Origin: Eledone cirrhosa
Lineage: Eukaryota
DNA length: 64,000 nt
NCBI GenBank assembly: GCA_964016885.1
Contig: OZ024760.1
Coordinates: forward strand, 15,934,001 to 15,998,000
Reading direction: 5' to 3'
A program made the translations under genes and the position numbers. Each line of letters opens with the position of its first letter. Within the stretch, counting starts at the first letter, position 1. The notes under the pieces were generated by a model. The model did no database searches. It worked only from the letters and a program-made list of their open reading frames with translations, and was not told the origin of the DNA. This document shows, in pieces, positions 37,976-50,500 of the stretch.

Positions 37976-40900
37976 TTAATTCATCTTTAAATTATTGATA
38001 TGTTGTTGAACTTGGTTAACAAACACTGGAAACATTGGGTCAGATAAACAAAGATGAAGGATTTTATCAATATTCTCTCCGTTGGATTTACTCGCCTGAT
38101 AAGCTGAGCTGAGTTTAGTTTCATCTTGGTTCAGCAAGATCTGACGTAATAAGAAAAAGAAAAAAAAAATGAAAATTGAAATAATAATTGTTTCTACTTT
38201 AGGCACAAGGCCAGCAATCACTCAGTACATTACTGGTACTTTATTTTATCGACCCCGTAAGGGATTTGAACTCAGATCATATAGGGACGTAATTCTATGC
38301 TAGAAAGCATGGCGTCCAACCCTCTACCGATACTGCCAATCAACAATAATAATGAAAAGTATTGTTTACAGTGTTCAGGTGCACTACAACTCATCAAAGG
38401 TGCATGTATAGTACATAGAATAATGTATAAATGTCAGGAAAGGGAACAGTGATTGAGTCATGATATATACACAGACACACACACATGCGTGCATATATAT
38501 ATATAGAACATTTTTTAAAAATATTTTTACAAAGGAAGCATGTTTGGAAAGCAGCAAGCAAAGTTTGGATTTGAAATAGAAATAGAAGCTTTGCCATAAT
38601 ATTTGTGACTAATAATTGTTTCTATTTTTGGCACAAGGCCAGCAAAATACCCCAGTGCATTACTGGTACTTTATTTTATCAACCCCGTAAGGATGAAAGG
38701 CAAAGTTAACCTCGGCGGGATTTGAACTCAGAATGGCAAGGGCCGTAACTCTATGCGTCAAGGCATTGCATCCAACTCTCTACCGATACTGCCAATCCAC
38801 CGCCCTTTTTTTTACTAATAATATAGTCCAATAATGGCAGACTTGTCAACTCTCTCTGTCTAACAGGGAGATATCCCACCCACTTTGGGGTGGGTGAGAG
38901 ATGTCTTCTCTTGTGAAAATGAGTATAGCTTTCATTATGTAAAATCTCCCCTAATCTGCCTCATTTCTCCCAGTTTTGAGGCACTTTTTTTCACAGTACT
39001 CCCCGTTTGGGTTTTTAGAGGTTGGCAGGTCTGTAATGGGGCGTATAAACCCACTGAACAGATATTTAAAGATCTGATGTTGAAATAAAATTGAGGAATA
39101 ATACAGTTACTTTAGCTATTTTCTTGACACTGACTCCTGTATAAGTTGAAGAAGGTGATATGGTGTTGACATTGAAACCCTGTAAATAAAATATAAAATT
39201 AAAACAATGTTTCTCTGATCGAGATGAAGCAAGAGTGTATTTGATTGAATATATATAAAAATGAGAAAACTCATCGCTAGAATAGCTGTTAAAACAGCCA
39301 AACGCTGTCAAGAAGAGCGATGGACAAAAATGGCTGAGAGGACAGAGTCCAGTGGCCAATGGTCAACAATACATAAGGTGGGTGACAGGTAGATGAAATA
39401 TAGAAAGAGGAAGACAAAAGAAATGTGTTGGCACACAGAAGTGACTGGAAGAAGGAAATAAAGGTGATGTACAAGACAAGTTTACACATACATCTTCACC
39501 CACATCAGCTCTCAAACCAACAAAATGGTTTCACACGGTTTAATATATATTTCCAATATATATTAAAAAGAAAAGATTTCAAATAATGGTCTGGTAATTT
39601 CACCAAGACATCTTAACAACAACAACAACTAACATTTTAAGACTATTCTCCCTGTTAAATTTCTCAGTTTGGTAACACTGATATTGTAGGTGAATTCAGA
39701 GTCATCATCATCACTTCTATGTTGACATTTCCATGTTGACATAGGTTGGACAAGACTCTATTGTTAGTGACATCTATAGATATATTGTTAGATTAGTAAC
39801 AGTCTCTACCAAGTCATACTCGATTATGACTGATAACTGTAGATATGTTAATAGATTAGTAACTGTCTACCAAGTCATACTCGATTGTGAGTGACAGCTG
39901 TAGTTTACTTTAGAAGAGAAATTACTTTACCTTTGCTATGTAATCGGCATGATTGCTAGTCAACTGCTTCACAGTGAACAACTTCTCTAGAACCGATACA
40001 CTATGGACACACGATTCCTCACCATTCTTCTCATTGTTTGTGGAAAACTTCACTCTGAAGCGTCGAATGGAGTTCTGAAAAAGAATATCTAGAATTGAAA
40101 AATCCTCCTCCACCTGTGATCTCTCAATTCAGAGAAGTAGTGGCTCTTCCTGGAGGGAGCAACTTACTTATCTTCGAGCTACAAATCTGTCCAGTAATTT
40201 TTTCCTGAGACATTCTAACCACATGTCTGTAATACTAGAGCTGTGATCTCTCAATTCGTAGAAGTAGCAGCTCTACCTTCAGTGATTCTCTGATCTCCAA
40301 GCTACAAATCTGTCCAGCGATTCTTTCCTGAGACATTCTAACCACATGTCTGTAATACTAGAGCTGTGATCTCTCAATTCGTAGAAGTAGCAGCTCTACC
40401 TTCAGTGATTCTCTGATCTCCAAGCTACAAATCTGTCCAGCGATTCTTTCCTGAGACATTCTAACCACATGTCTGTAATACTAGAGCTGTGATCTCTCAA
40501 TTCGTAGAAGTAGCAGCTCTACCTTCAGTGATTCTCTGATCTCCAAGCTACAAATCTGTCCAGCGATTCTTTCCTGAGACATTCTAACCACATGACCATA
40601 ATATCAGAGCTGTGATCTCTCAATTCGTAGAAATAGCGACTCTACCTGGAGTGACTCTCTGATCTCTGAGTTATACACTTTATCAAGTAATGTTAGTTCA
40701 AAGAATCACTGGACAGAGGACAGATTTTACGAACACAAAACCCAACTAGCACGAGACCCAGGGGTAGACCCCGAGCAAGATGGTTGGATAACAGCTTGGC
40801 TGGTCTCACTAGGGGATCTAGCTGATCAATTGGAGATGGTTGCTTCTGACAGGACTGCTGGAAGGAGTGTTTGAGGACTATGCCCCCCCACCCCTCCCAG

Positions 40901-41057
40901 GAATAAGTGGCTGAAGAAGAAGGAGGCAAAGAGGAAAAGAAGACTTACTTCTGCTAACTGATTTATAAACAACATGAAGTCACCACAAAAATATACTGAG
41001 ATATTACTTGTTCCACAGACTACAGCATGGTTCTCCTAGAAAATGATAAATATTCTA

Positions 41058-41094
<37 letters not shown>

Positions 41095-41364
41095 GGAGTA
41101 GACATTACAATACAATGGGAGGAAACATAATACCACTGATGATGTCACAGGTATGTGATGAAAGAACTTTGATAGACTATATATATATATATTTATATCT
41201 ATATTTTTTAACAATTGGTCAATCAATGCTAAACCTTGATTGCCAGCTAAATTAACTATGGAGATATAAAAGATACAAAAACGAAAACCAGTCCAAACCA
41301 AACAGTGAGTTTTTTTAATTATTATTTCTGGCAATATTATAACAATATAACCCTCCTCAAATAT

Positions 41365-41400
<36 letters not shown>

Positions 41401-41940
41401 AATATGAAAACATGGCATGCTGCGTGGTTGCAAATGGGTTACATATGAATAAATTTAGTCCTTCATCAGTGATCTTATATATATATATAAAATATAAGAA
41501 CTGGTCTACATCACTGGATGCAAATGAAGTCGCACAGCTTTTATATCAGAGGGACCTTCTCCTAGAGAGATGTCTTGGTCAAGACTAGGAGTGTCTTTCG
41601 CTCCACCAAAAAAAAAAAAAAAAAAAAAAAAATACATACAAACATACATACATTGTAGAACTAAATACAGTTTGGTAATAAAATGGTTAAAATCAATAAA
41701 AACATTGGAGAAGTGAAAGTGGGTATTAAACAATGATGATGATGGTGGTGATACTTACCAAAATAGTATTGTTCTGTATTATTGTCAAATATGAAGAATT
41801 CTCTAGAGAGAGTCTGATGGGTTGTGTTGGTGTTGAAAAGATGTACTGTTTAATAAAGGAATATTAAAATTAGTTTTGAGCAAGGGGAACATTCTAAGTA
41901 GTTTAAGATATATATATATATATGCGTGTGTACGTATGTA

Positions 41941-42005
<65 letters not shown>

Positions 42006-42533
42006 CTTCATCATGTATGTACACATATACATGTATATATATGTGTGGGGGGGGGGGAGTCCCAGGTTCAATTGGGGGTAACCACAGTAAGTAAGGTACT
42101 CAATACATTATGAAAGTATATATTAATTTTAAATTTAATTTTAATTTTAATCTTAATTTGAATTATTGTACAATTATAGTATAATATAATATATGTCGCA
42201 TCCATTCCACCCTGTAAACATGAAACTGTTGTCCACAACATCAATATATATATCTGTATGATTCTTCAGTTGAGTAGGAGGTCGATTATATGTACAAACA
42301 TTAAAAATGTTCCGAAGACTCCAAGCCTAGGTTTGGAAGAAACAATTGTCAGCGATTAAATGTTTTAAACATAACTTTGATTCTTGTGTATTCTATATTA
42401 CTGCTCCGTAAAACAACTGATGTTCTTACATTGAGCTATTTCTCTTACTGGTAATAAGGTAGTAATAAATTAGTGACCTTCCCTGTTTATAGTTATTTAT
42501 AGTATAGTATATACATAACTATAAATAGTATCT

Positions 42534-42571
<38 letters not shown>

Positions 42572-43027
42572 GGAAATCAGTAAAATCGAATCTCTGGCGG
42601 TTTGCAAGTGAATTCGGCCTACTTATATGAAATGATGAGTTAGCAAAGCACTCGATAAGATAGGACCTTAGAGTAATAATATACGTTTAAATAGCTTGAC
42701 AAATCGAACATTGTGGTAGGCTAAACTAACACACAATATATACCAGAGCAACGATAGAACTAATCAGGTTATATATTTATATAACCCATACCAACGTGGA
42801 TGATGATCAATCATTATAACTAACAACTAAGAAATCAATAAAATAAAATATATAACAAATAATAAGAAATCAATAGAATAATTGCAGGTAATTTTCCAAT
42901 AAAATACCTTCCAGGTGCCGTTTAGTTCAAGATTGTTTTCATTTAAACTTTCTGTATTGGAATTACTGGAGTTCTGATAACGGGCATAGCATTCAAGATA
43001 CCAACAAGGACCATTAACAGCAGACAT
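37976..43027 (-). CDS. REC114: Meiotic recombination protein REC114, 6 coding exons, about 223 aa
   Basis: Exons 42908-43027, 41759-41845, 40949-41035, 39931-40074, 39111-39179, 37976-38140, all phase 0. REC114 signature motifs: WYLECYARY...TWK, RRFRVKFS...C, and C-terminal LHLCLSDPMFPVFVNQVQQHI. Confidence 0.85.
38615..38805 (-). mobile_element. Full-length tRNA-derived SINE (Meta-domain-like)
   Basis: Head GGCGGTGGATTGGCAGTATCGGTAGAG...GAGTTCAAATCCC, core GCCTTTCATCCTTACGGGGT.GATAAAATAAAGTACCAG, (ATT)n tail. More than 12 other copies in the window, e.g. 35085, 32775, 49160, 36670, 17245. Confidence 0.8.
38838..39033. mobile_element. TIR MITE with an apparent 6-bp TSD
   Basis: CAGACTTGTCAAC...GTTGGCAGGTCTG flanked by TAATGG on both sides. 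Confidence 0.75.
40114..40925. mobile_element. RTE-derived 123-bp tandem array (minus) joined to an inverted RTE 3' end (plus)
   Basis: Unit period 123 (CCTGAGACATTC at 40204, 40327, 40450, 40573). The 3' end with AAG tail is at 40715-40925. Confidence 0.85.
41131..41174 (+). ncRNA. Minimal type I hammerhead ribozyme-like motif (Penelope pLTR-like)
   Basis: TACCA-CTGATGA-T-GTCACA-GGTA-TGTGAT-GAAA-GAAC-TT/TGATA. Confidence 0.55.
42308..42354 (+). ncRNA. Variant minimal hammerhead-like motif
   Basis: TGTT-CCGAAGA-C-TCCAAGC-CTAG-GTTTGGA-A-GAAAC-AATT-GTC/AGCG, with palindromic stem III ACAATTGT. Confidence 0.5.
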
Positions 43028-43370
43028 TCTCCTTAATTACTTTGGAATAGAAATAAAGGAGAAACAAAAATCTTCATTTTAACCATTTCCTTAACATAAT
43101 TCTAACGAAAGACATTGTTATTTTCAAATTATTGTTTCTACTTTAGGCACAAGGCCAGCAATTTTGGAAGAGGGGGAAAGTCGATTAAATCGACCCCAGT
43201 GTGTGATTGCTCATGGCTTAGTGGTTAGAGCATTGGGCTTGCAATCGAAATGTTGTGAGTTCAATTCTCGGACCGGGTGATGTGTTGTTTCCTTGAGCAA
43301 GACACTTAATTTCACATCAAAACCTTAATTAACATATATATAAAATCTTTAACATATATATATATATATA

Positions 43371-44320
43371 TACAAGGTGTTCCAAAAAGTGTATACACAC
43401 TTTTATTACCTGTATAGGCAATATTTCTTAGAATGGTGTATACATTTTGGGGGGACATCCGGTATATATAAATATATATAACATATACAAGGTGTCCCAA
43501 AATTCGTTACATCAACAAAATATAGAAATATATCGAATTATGTCAACTAATTTATCATTTATTTCTCCTCAAAGACCAAGACGAATTTTTATTTACATCT
43601 CAATATTTTAAAGTTGGATAATTTCTTTAACTATAACCCCAGCACTTGGGCAATAAAGATTAAAAATATAATATATTACAACATTTTTATTGATAATTTA
43701 TCTCTATTTATATATAAATATTTAATGATAGTTCGTTGTTGGTAAACATTGGACGGAATTTTATGAGAAAACTGCAAATAAAATCTATAATAAATGTTTT
43801 ATATAAATCTATTATATATTATATATATATGTTAAATGATTTATATATATATTAAATGTGTTAAATGTATATATACACCATTCTAATAAATATTGCCTGT
43901 ACAGGTAATCAAAGTGTGTATACATTTTTGGGACACCCTGTATATTAAATGTGTTAAATATATATATACAGGGTGTCTCAAAATATGTATACACACTTTG
44001 ATTACCCGTATATGCAATATTTATTAGAATGATGTATACATTTTTGGGACACCTTGTATATGTTATATATATTTATATATACAGGGTGTCCAAAAGAAAT
44101 ATATACACCATTCTAAGAAATATTGCCTGTACAGGTAATCAAAGTGTGTATACATTTTTTGAAACAACTTGTATATATACATACATACATATATCAAACA
44201 TAAAGCAATATATATGTATATAATATATATATGTTCAATATTTTATATCAAATGTGTTAAATATATATATACAGGGTGTCCAAAAGAAATCTATACACCA
44301 TTCTAAGAAATATTGCCATA
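43371..44320. mobile_element. Cluster of about 6 Tc1/mariner-type mini MITEs
   Basis: Repeated TACAGGGTGTCC...GGACACCCTGTA units of about 90 bp in TA-rich DNA. Confidence 0.75.
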
Positions 44321-44382
44321 TTGCAATATATATGTATATAATATATATATATATTTATATTATATATGTATATAATATAAAG

Positions 44383-44432
<50 letters not shown>

Positions 44433-44801
44433 ATATATACATATATCAAATATAAAGCAATATATATGTATATAATATAAAGCAATATATATATATATAT
44501 ATATATTTTATATATATGTTAAATATTTAATATAAACGTTAAATAACGTATATATAAACATGTTAAATGATTTATATAACACCTTTAAAATGTTTTAACA
44601 GTAATTATATCTGAAACAATTATATACTCAATATATTTTTTATACGTTAAAAGAAATATAAAAAGTTTCATCGGTATTTTTATGGTAAAAACATCAAAAT
44701 TTATGGAGTTTTTAATCGTATTAAACATTATATTCGGTTTCCTATACAATATTAACGATTGTAAGCATTAAAATATTCTTTAATTAATTAAAAATCCTTA
44801 C

Positions 44802-44900
44802 CTTTATTTGATAAAACAATGATATTTTGATTTGGTAGACAAGACGGTGTTTATCGTCAGATCAACTACTGACCAGCTGGAGCAGCGTACAGGACAGCAT
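44802..44900 (-). other. Possible non-coding first exon of REC114
   Basis: Minus-strand donor AAG|GTAAGG near 44801 in non-repetitive sequence about 1.8 kb upstream of the ATG. A candidate acceptor (ttctattccaaAG) lies just before the ATG exon. Confidence 0.35.
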
Positions 44901-45364
44901 GTATGTACGGTGTAATGTATATATACACATACATACATATATATATATATATATAAAGTATTAAATTAACAATGAATATAAAAACAACAAAGTCAAGTTA
45001 CTTTACCTATTCATATCATAGTTTTACGATCGTTTCGGAAGGTCGATCATTGTCTGATCTATAGCAGTTATATAGATGTATACTATCAGACCTCATATAT
45101 AGGTTCGACCAGACCGTCTTCTTCGGAAACAATTATATATATATATATATATTCATTAGTTAAGCAAAACAAGACCACAAATTTCAGGAAGACATTATTT
45201 AAAGATTGTCAACATATTTTAGTTTGATGTAAGGAATGTAGAGAATAATAATAATTATATTAATAAATATTATTAATATTTATCTCCTCTCCTATCTCCA
45301 TCTCTCTCTTTAAGATTGGTTACTCTTGAACTGTGTGTGTGTATATATATATATATATAATATG

Positions 45365-45975
45365 TCAGGTCACCAGTTGGTGCTACTGGTAACATGTATC
45401 CCAGTACAACCTGTCTCATGGTCGGGTCGTTGGCGACTAAACTGGCAACCCCACCAAGGTTTCTTGGTGAGGAGGGTGACTTTGGACATCCTGCAGGACT
45501 AAAAACAAAACCTGTCAAAGGGCAAGGGAGCTCTTAAGAGTCAATAGCCATCCAAAATCACCGGGAGAGATGACCCCTTAGCCTTTGTCAAGGCAGAATT
45601 CTAGGAGAAGGAAAACTCTGATATAACACCTGCAACCCTGATGGTATCCAATGATGTTGACTTGTTCTTCTTTTTGGTAAATATCATCTTGGTTAAGAGA
45701 GTGGGACTGGCTTTGTGCAGTGCCTTTGCTCACTATAAAAGCTTCACAGCACAGGCATTGCTTTATATCTGGAGATCTCTCTGCACTTGTCATCACATGG
45801 TACCATGGGCCCTGCACTATGTGTCAATAATGGTCACAAGTGTAGTCTTTGTACCAGAGTTTTCAAGTCGCTGGCTGGACTAAAAAGTCACATTCGTTCA
45901 GCGCATCGGTAGGGGTTCTCCTACATGGATATAAAGTAGTGGCCGTACTCGAAAACGAGTTGGCAGCCACCATAA
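45365..45975 (+). mobile_element. Probable internally deleted RTE-like retroelement
   Basis: Ends in the C2H2-like CSLCTRVFKSLAGLKSHIRSAH typical of RTE C-termini; GC-richer 5' part. Confidence 0.5.
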
Positions 45976-46077
45976 TATGTATATGTATGTATATATATAC
46001 ACATACATATATATGTATATAATGGACTCTCCCGTCGATTTCAACACATGAGGATCCAAACAACCTCTTCAGTTCGT

Positions 46078-46800
46078 TCAGTTTGGATGTTTATGTTGGG
46101 TCCAGTATTTTAGATCTGCCAAGAATCTGCAAGCAAGTCCACAGATCATACAAGAGTGAGGTTGAGAGGATAATATTGCTGGTATGTTTGATAATACTTT
46201 TCTCCTCCCTCTTGCTTCTTGGCACCTATAGATGGATACAACTGGACTCAAAATTATGATCCTATTATGACACATAGATCTCTAGTCCTTCTACTCCAAG
46301 GCCACTTGTTCAAATATCCCATAAGATATATTGGTTGCTGAAAGATAACCCATAGCTTCTCTTTGTACCAGAGCCGTAGCTAACCAGCATTTCTATATCC
46401 ACCATCAAGCTGGCTGCACATGAGGACTTTTAGTATTCTTTTGTCACTTGTTCTGATGACCTGACCAACTCAGTCTAGTTGTGATTTCATAAGAAAGGTT
46501 TCAATGCCTCCAATCTTGCCCTTAGTGAAGAGGTCAGAGTTAGACATTTTGTCTTCGAGTGTGTAGCCACAGATTGCCTGAAGACAATCTTTATGAAAGA
46601 CGTCTACTTGGTTGATGTGTGACCTATATTCTGATCCATGTAAGAGTGTGGTCGGTATAACAGCTTTATAAACCTGTATCTTGGTGTCGGGTTTTATGCC
46701 TCTCTTATTCCAAAGGTGATGATGGAGCCTGCCAAATACATTTGTGGTGTTCCCTATCGAGAGATGCATTTTAGTTCACCTTACTGTCAAGATATGTAAA
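46078..46800 (-). mobile_element. RTE/BovB-like LINE ORF fragment
   Basis: FGRLHHHLWNKRGIKPDTKIQVYKAVIPTTLLHGSE...IETFLMKSQL and terminal CMICGLAC...H motif. Confidence 0.85.
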
Positions 46801-47572
46801 CAATTTCACATACTTGAGATTCTTCCTATCAATCTTTATAGGGGTGAAAGGAAACTTGTGAACTGGTGGTTTCTTTTTGACACCTTGCATTTGTTTGGGC
46901 ATAGAACATGTTACACTTCCTCTTCAGTAGCCACCACTACGCCCCTCCTCCACATACATCACTGACGTCTACCCAAAGAGGGATGTACCTTCACTGTGTT
47001 GCCAGATGCTGCTTGCTCATTCCTCACCAAAACATCTCTAAGGTCAAACACTTATTCTCCTACCTCCTTTCTATCCCACTGCCAAATCTATCCCCAACCA
47101 TGCCAGCATGGAAAGCTCTGCACCCCCCCCCCCAATACTGTTAGAGGTCATACATTTATCCTAAAGCCAGCCCACCCCACAACACCACATCCGTCTCTCT
47201 AATAACAGGCAGCCTCAGTCTAATGACTGAAACCAATAAAAGAATTAAAAAATGTGGTACCCCAGCATGGCCACAGTCTAATGACTGAAACCAGTAAAAG
47301 AATTAAAAAGAAAAGACATGATTTTTATTATAAAAGTTCCTTTTATTTAAATTAAAAAATCTTTTCATTATTTAGTTGTAAATCCAGAATAGCAGTCTTT
47401 AACCTCTTCAGTACCGTAGTCGAGATAACTCGTCCTAACATGTATGAATTCCAGTGCCACGGATGAGATAACTCGGTTCCAACAGTACATAACTTTATTT
47501 TACTGAAAAAAAACCCAAAATACCCTGACACAACAACTGTAGCTGTGTCAAATATTCATGGCAGTCAGCAGG

Positions 47573-50500
47573 TTAGTTTTTATTTCTTTTATTCTTTTTC
47601 CCTTTGGCCAACAAAGATGGGTCAATTTGGTCAGTTGTTAACCCTTTCACAGCAAATAAACGTTGAGCTCTTTCTGTCAAGGTACCTCCACATTTCATGC
47701 CTCTGTCTTGCAGCGCTGTCTTCAATATGTCAAGGCCTAAAACTTCAACATCAACGGCAGATTCAGCATTGGTTAGAATTTCTTCGACGTTCTGAAATGA
47801 AAACAAATGATGAAACAAATTAGTTAGTCATCACCATCATCATCACTATGATGATAGCCATCATTATCATCATCCTCGTCATCATCGCAACGATTATCAC
47901 CATCATCATTTAATGTCTATTTTCCCTGCTAGCAACTGTTGGATGGGTCATCACAGACCAAGTCAGTACTTAATCGGAGCTTTTGACCTTTCAAACAGGT
48001 TAGAGAAGGTACATTTCATATGTAACTGCACCAGGCCCATTTTATCGTGGCACCAGCACTAGTGAGGTTATGTCTTTAATGCAACTGAAGTGTTCTGAAT
48101 CCTTTGACAAGTTTTATACAGCTGGATGCCCTTTCCATCACCAACAATTTTACAGTGTTCTGGGTGTATTTCTTCCTGGCACCAACACTAGAGAGGCTGT
48201 CGTGTCATGACTGAAAGATCCTCTCAGCCCCTTTTTAACCTTTTAACATTTAAACCGACCGTAACTGGCCAGAATTCTCTCACTTCTTTCTGTTCAAACT
48301 GGTTATAACTGGCTGCTCATACTGATGTTATAGTATTGTTCTCAAAATCTTGTAGATTCAATATTATCTGAGATAATGCCTTTACTATGAAAAAACAATA
48401 GTAAATAGAGAGTAATGTAAATGCTAAAGGCTAACATGGTTTCTACGGCTGGATACCCTTCCTAATGCTTACAGAGTGCTAGTATGTAAACATGATGATG
48501 ATAATGATTAAACACAAAGAATTAAATTTCCTCAAAATGCTTTAAAAAAAAGAAAAGGACAAAGCAAATAATATAATTTTCATTCTTACCAAAACAGCAC
48601 CATTTTCTTGACTAGATTCCTCAGTATTGTTGCTGTTAGATGGAGATTCCTCTTTGCTAGCCTGTGTTGTTGTTGTTACTGCTGCTGTCGCGTCTGTTAA
48701 GACTGTAGATGATATAACAGTTTCACTGCTACTGGCTGTAGAAGATGGTATACCAGTTTTATTGTCACTGGTTGTAGATGGTATAACAGTTTTATTGTCA
48801 CTGGTTGTAGAAGATGCTATACCAGTTTTATTGTCACTGGTTGTAGAATTATTTGAAGAATCTGGAGATGAAGCAGGATCAGTTTCCTGCTCATAAAGAG
48901 GAGGAGGGGGAACAGAAAAGAATCTTGCAGAGCCGAGAGAACTGTTTGAGTCTGTGCAATCATCCATTGATGTATAGGAGGAACTACTTGCTGATGTGGT
49001 GGCCATAGTGGGGTCAAGAGAAGGACAAGCTGTGACAACCTCATTGTCATCAGAGAGGTCACTATCACTTAGAGTGTTTTTGTTAATTCCAATCCTAGAA
49101 GAGAGAAAGAAAGAGAATAAAACATCAATGTAGCAATTGAAAATCATACCTTATATATTGATTTCTGACTTAGGAATAAGGCCAATAATTTTGTGGGGAG
49201 GGAAAAATCGATTAAATCAACCCCAGTGTGTTACTGGTACTTTATTTTATTTTATTGATCCTGTGAAGATGAAAAGCAAAGCTAACCTCGGCGGGATTTG
49301 AACTCAGAACATAAAGGATGATAACTCTATGCTGCAAAGCATGTTGTCCGATGCTCCACCGATATTGCTAATCAACTGCCCTTCAAACTTTATATAAAAA
49401 CATGTAGGTGCAGGTAGGGCTCTGTAGTTAAGGAGTTCACTTCGTAATCCCATGATTTGGGGTTCAATGGCTACTGTGGCATGCAGTGGGAACAAACCCC
49501 AAACCAGGTGGTTGTGAAACAAAACACACAGCCAAACCTGTGGCTATGATTTTCAATTTTTCTTTTCATATAAATCAAAAATTTAGATGAATTTACTTAT
49601 AACTAACTTTCTTATTATTAAGTTGGTGTTTAGAACATAACTCCTTACATAAAATTATAACGTAATTTTGTTTTCAAAATAAATAATATCAAAACCTTGT
49701 AGATTTGATATTATGTGAGGTAAAGCCTTTACCATGAAAATACATTTGTAAACATAGAGTAATGTAAATACTAAAGGGTTAAACCATCTGTATCTGGCCA
49801 GAATTCTCTTACCTCGTTCTGTTCAAACTGACCATAACTTTTCATTCATACTTATGTTAAGGTATTGTTCTCAAAATAAATAATATCAAAATCTCATAGA
49901 TTCGATATTATATAAAATAAAGTGTTTACTATGAAAATATAATAGTGAACATAGAGTAATGTAAATACTAAAGATCTGTATTTAGATTTCAACATTTCCA
50001 CTTTTAAATCCTCCAAAAGACTTGATAAATCGTAAAATTAAACACGCTTATTTACCAATTCCAATTCTTCTCAAAAGATTTACTTTCCAACTTTTGTTTT
50101 TTCACTGTACTCATTTGACCATTTTCTGTAGAACAGCTGGCATCTCCATTTCTCTTGAGGCCTGAGAAAATAAAACATTAATATAATGTAGAAAATGATA
50201 TGTTTATGAAAGCTAAAATAATGAGAAATGGACAGTAAAATGAAGACAACAAACTGGTAGATAGTAATTGACAAAACCAATGGAAACATTGTTTCCTTGG
50301 TCCGATTTGACAAGTTCCGCCCCACTCAGTAAGCGAACAAGGTCTGAGATCTCGTCATCAATTGTCCTATGTATAACATACATATGATCGGCTAAATCCC
50401 TTTGAGCCAGTGATCCAGCATGGTCGCAGTCTAATGACTGAAACCAGTGGAAGAATAAAAGAAAATAAGAAATGGTTTACCTGCTGTGATGGCATCATCA

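Noticed and set aside
41463-41469. Minus-strand CTGATGA hammerhead core
   Set aside because: No matching stem II, GAAA or cleavage site follows.
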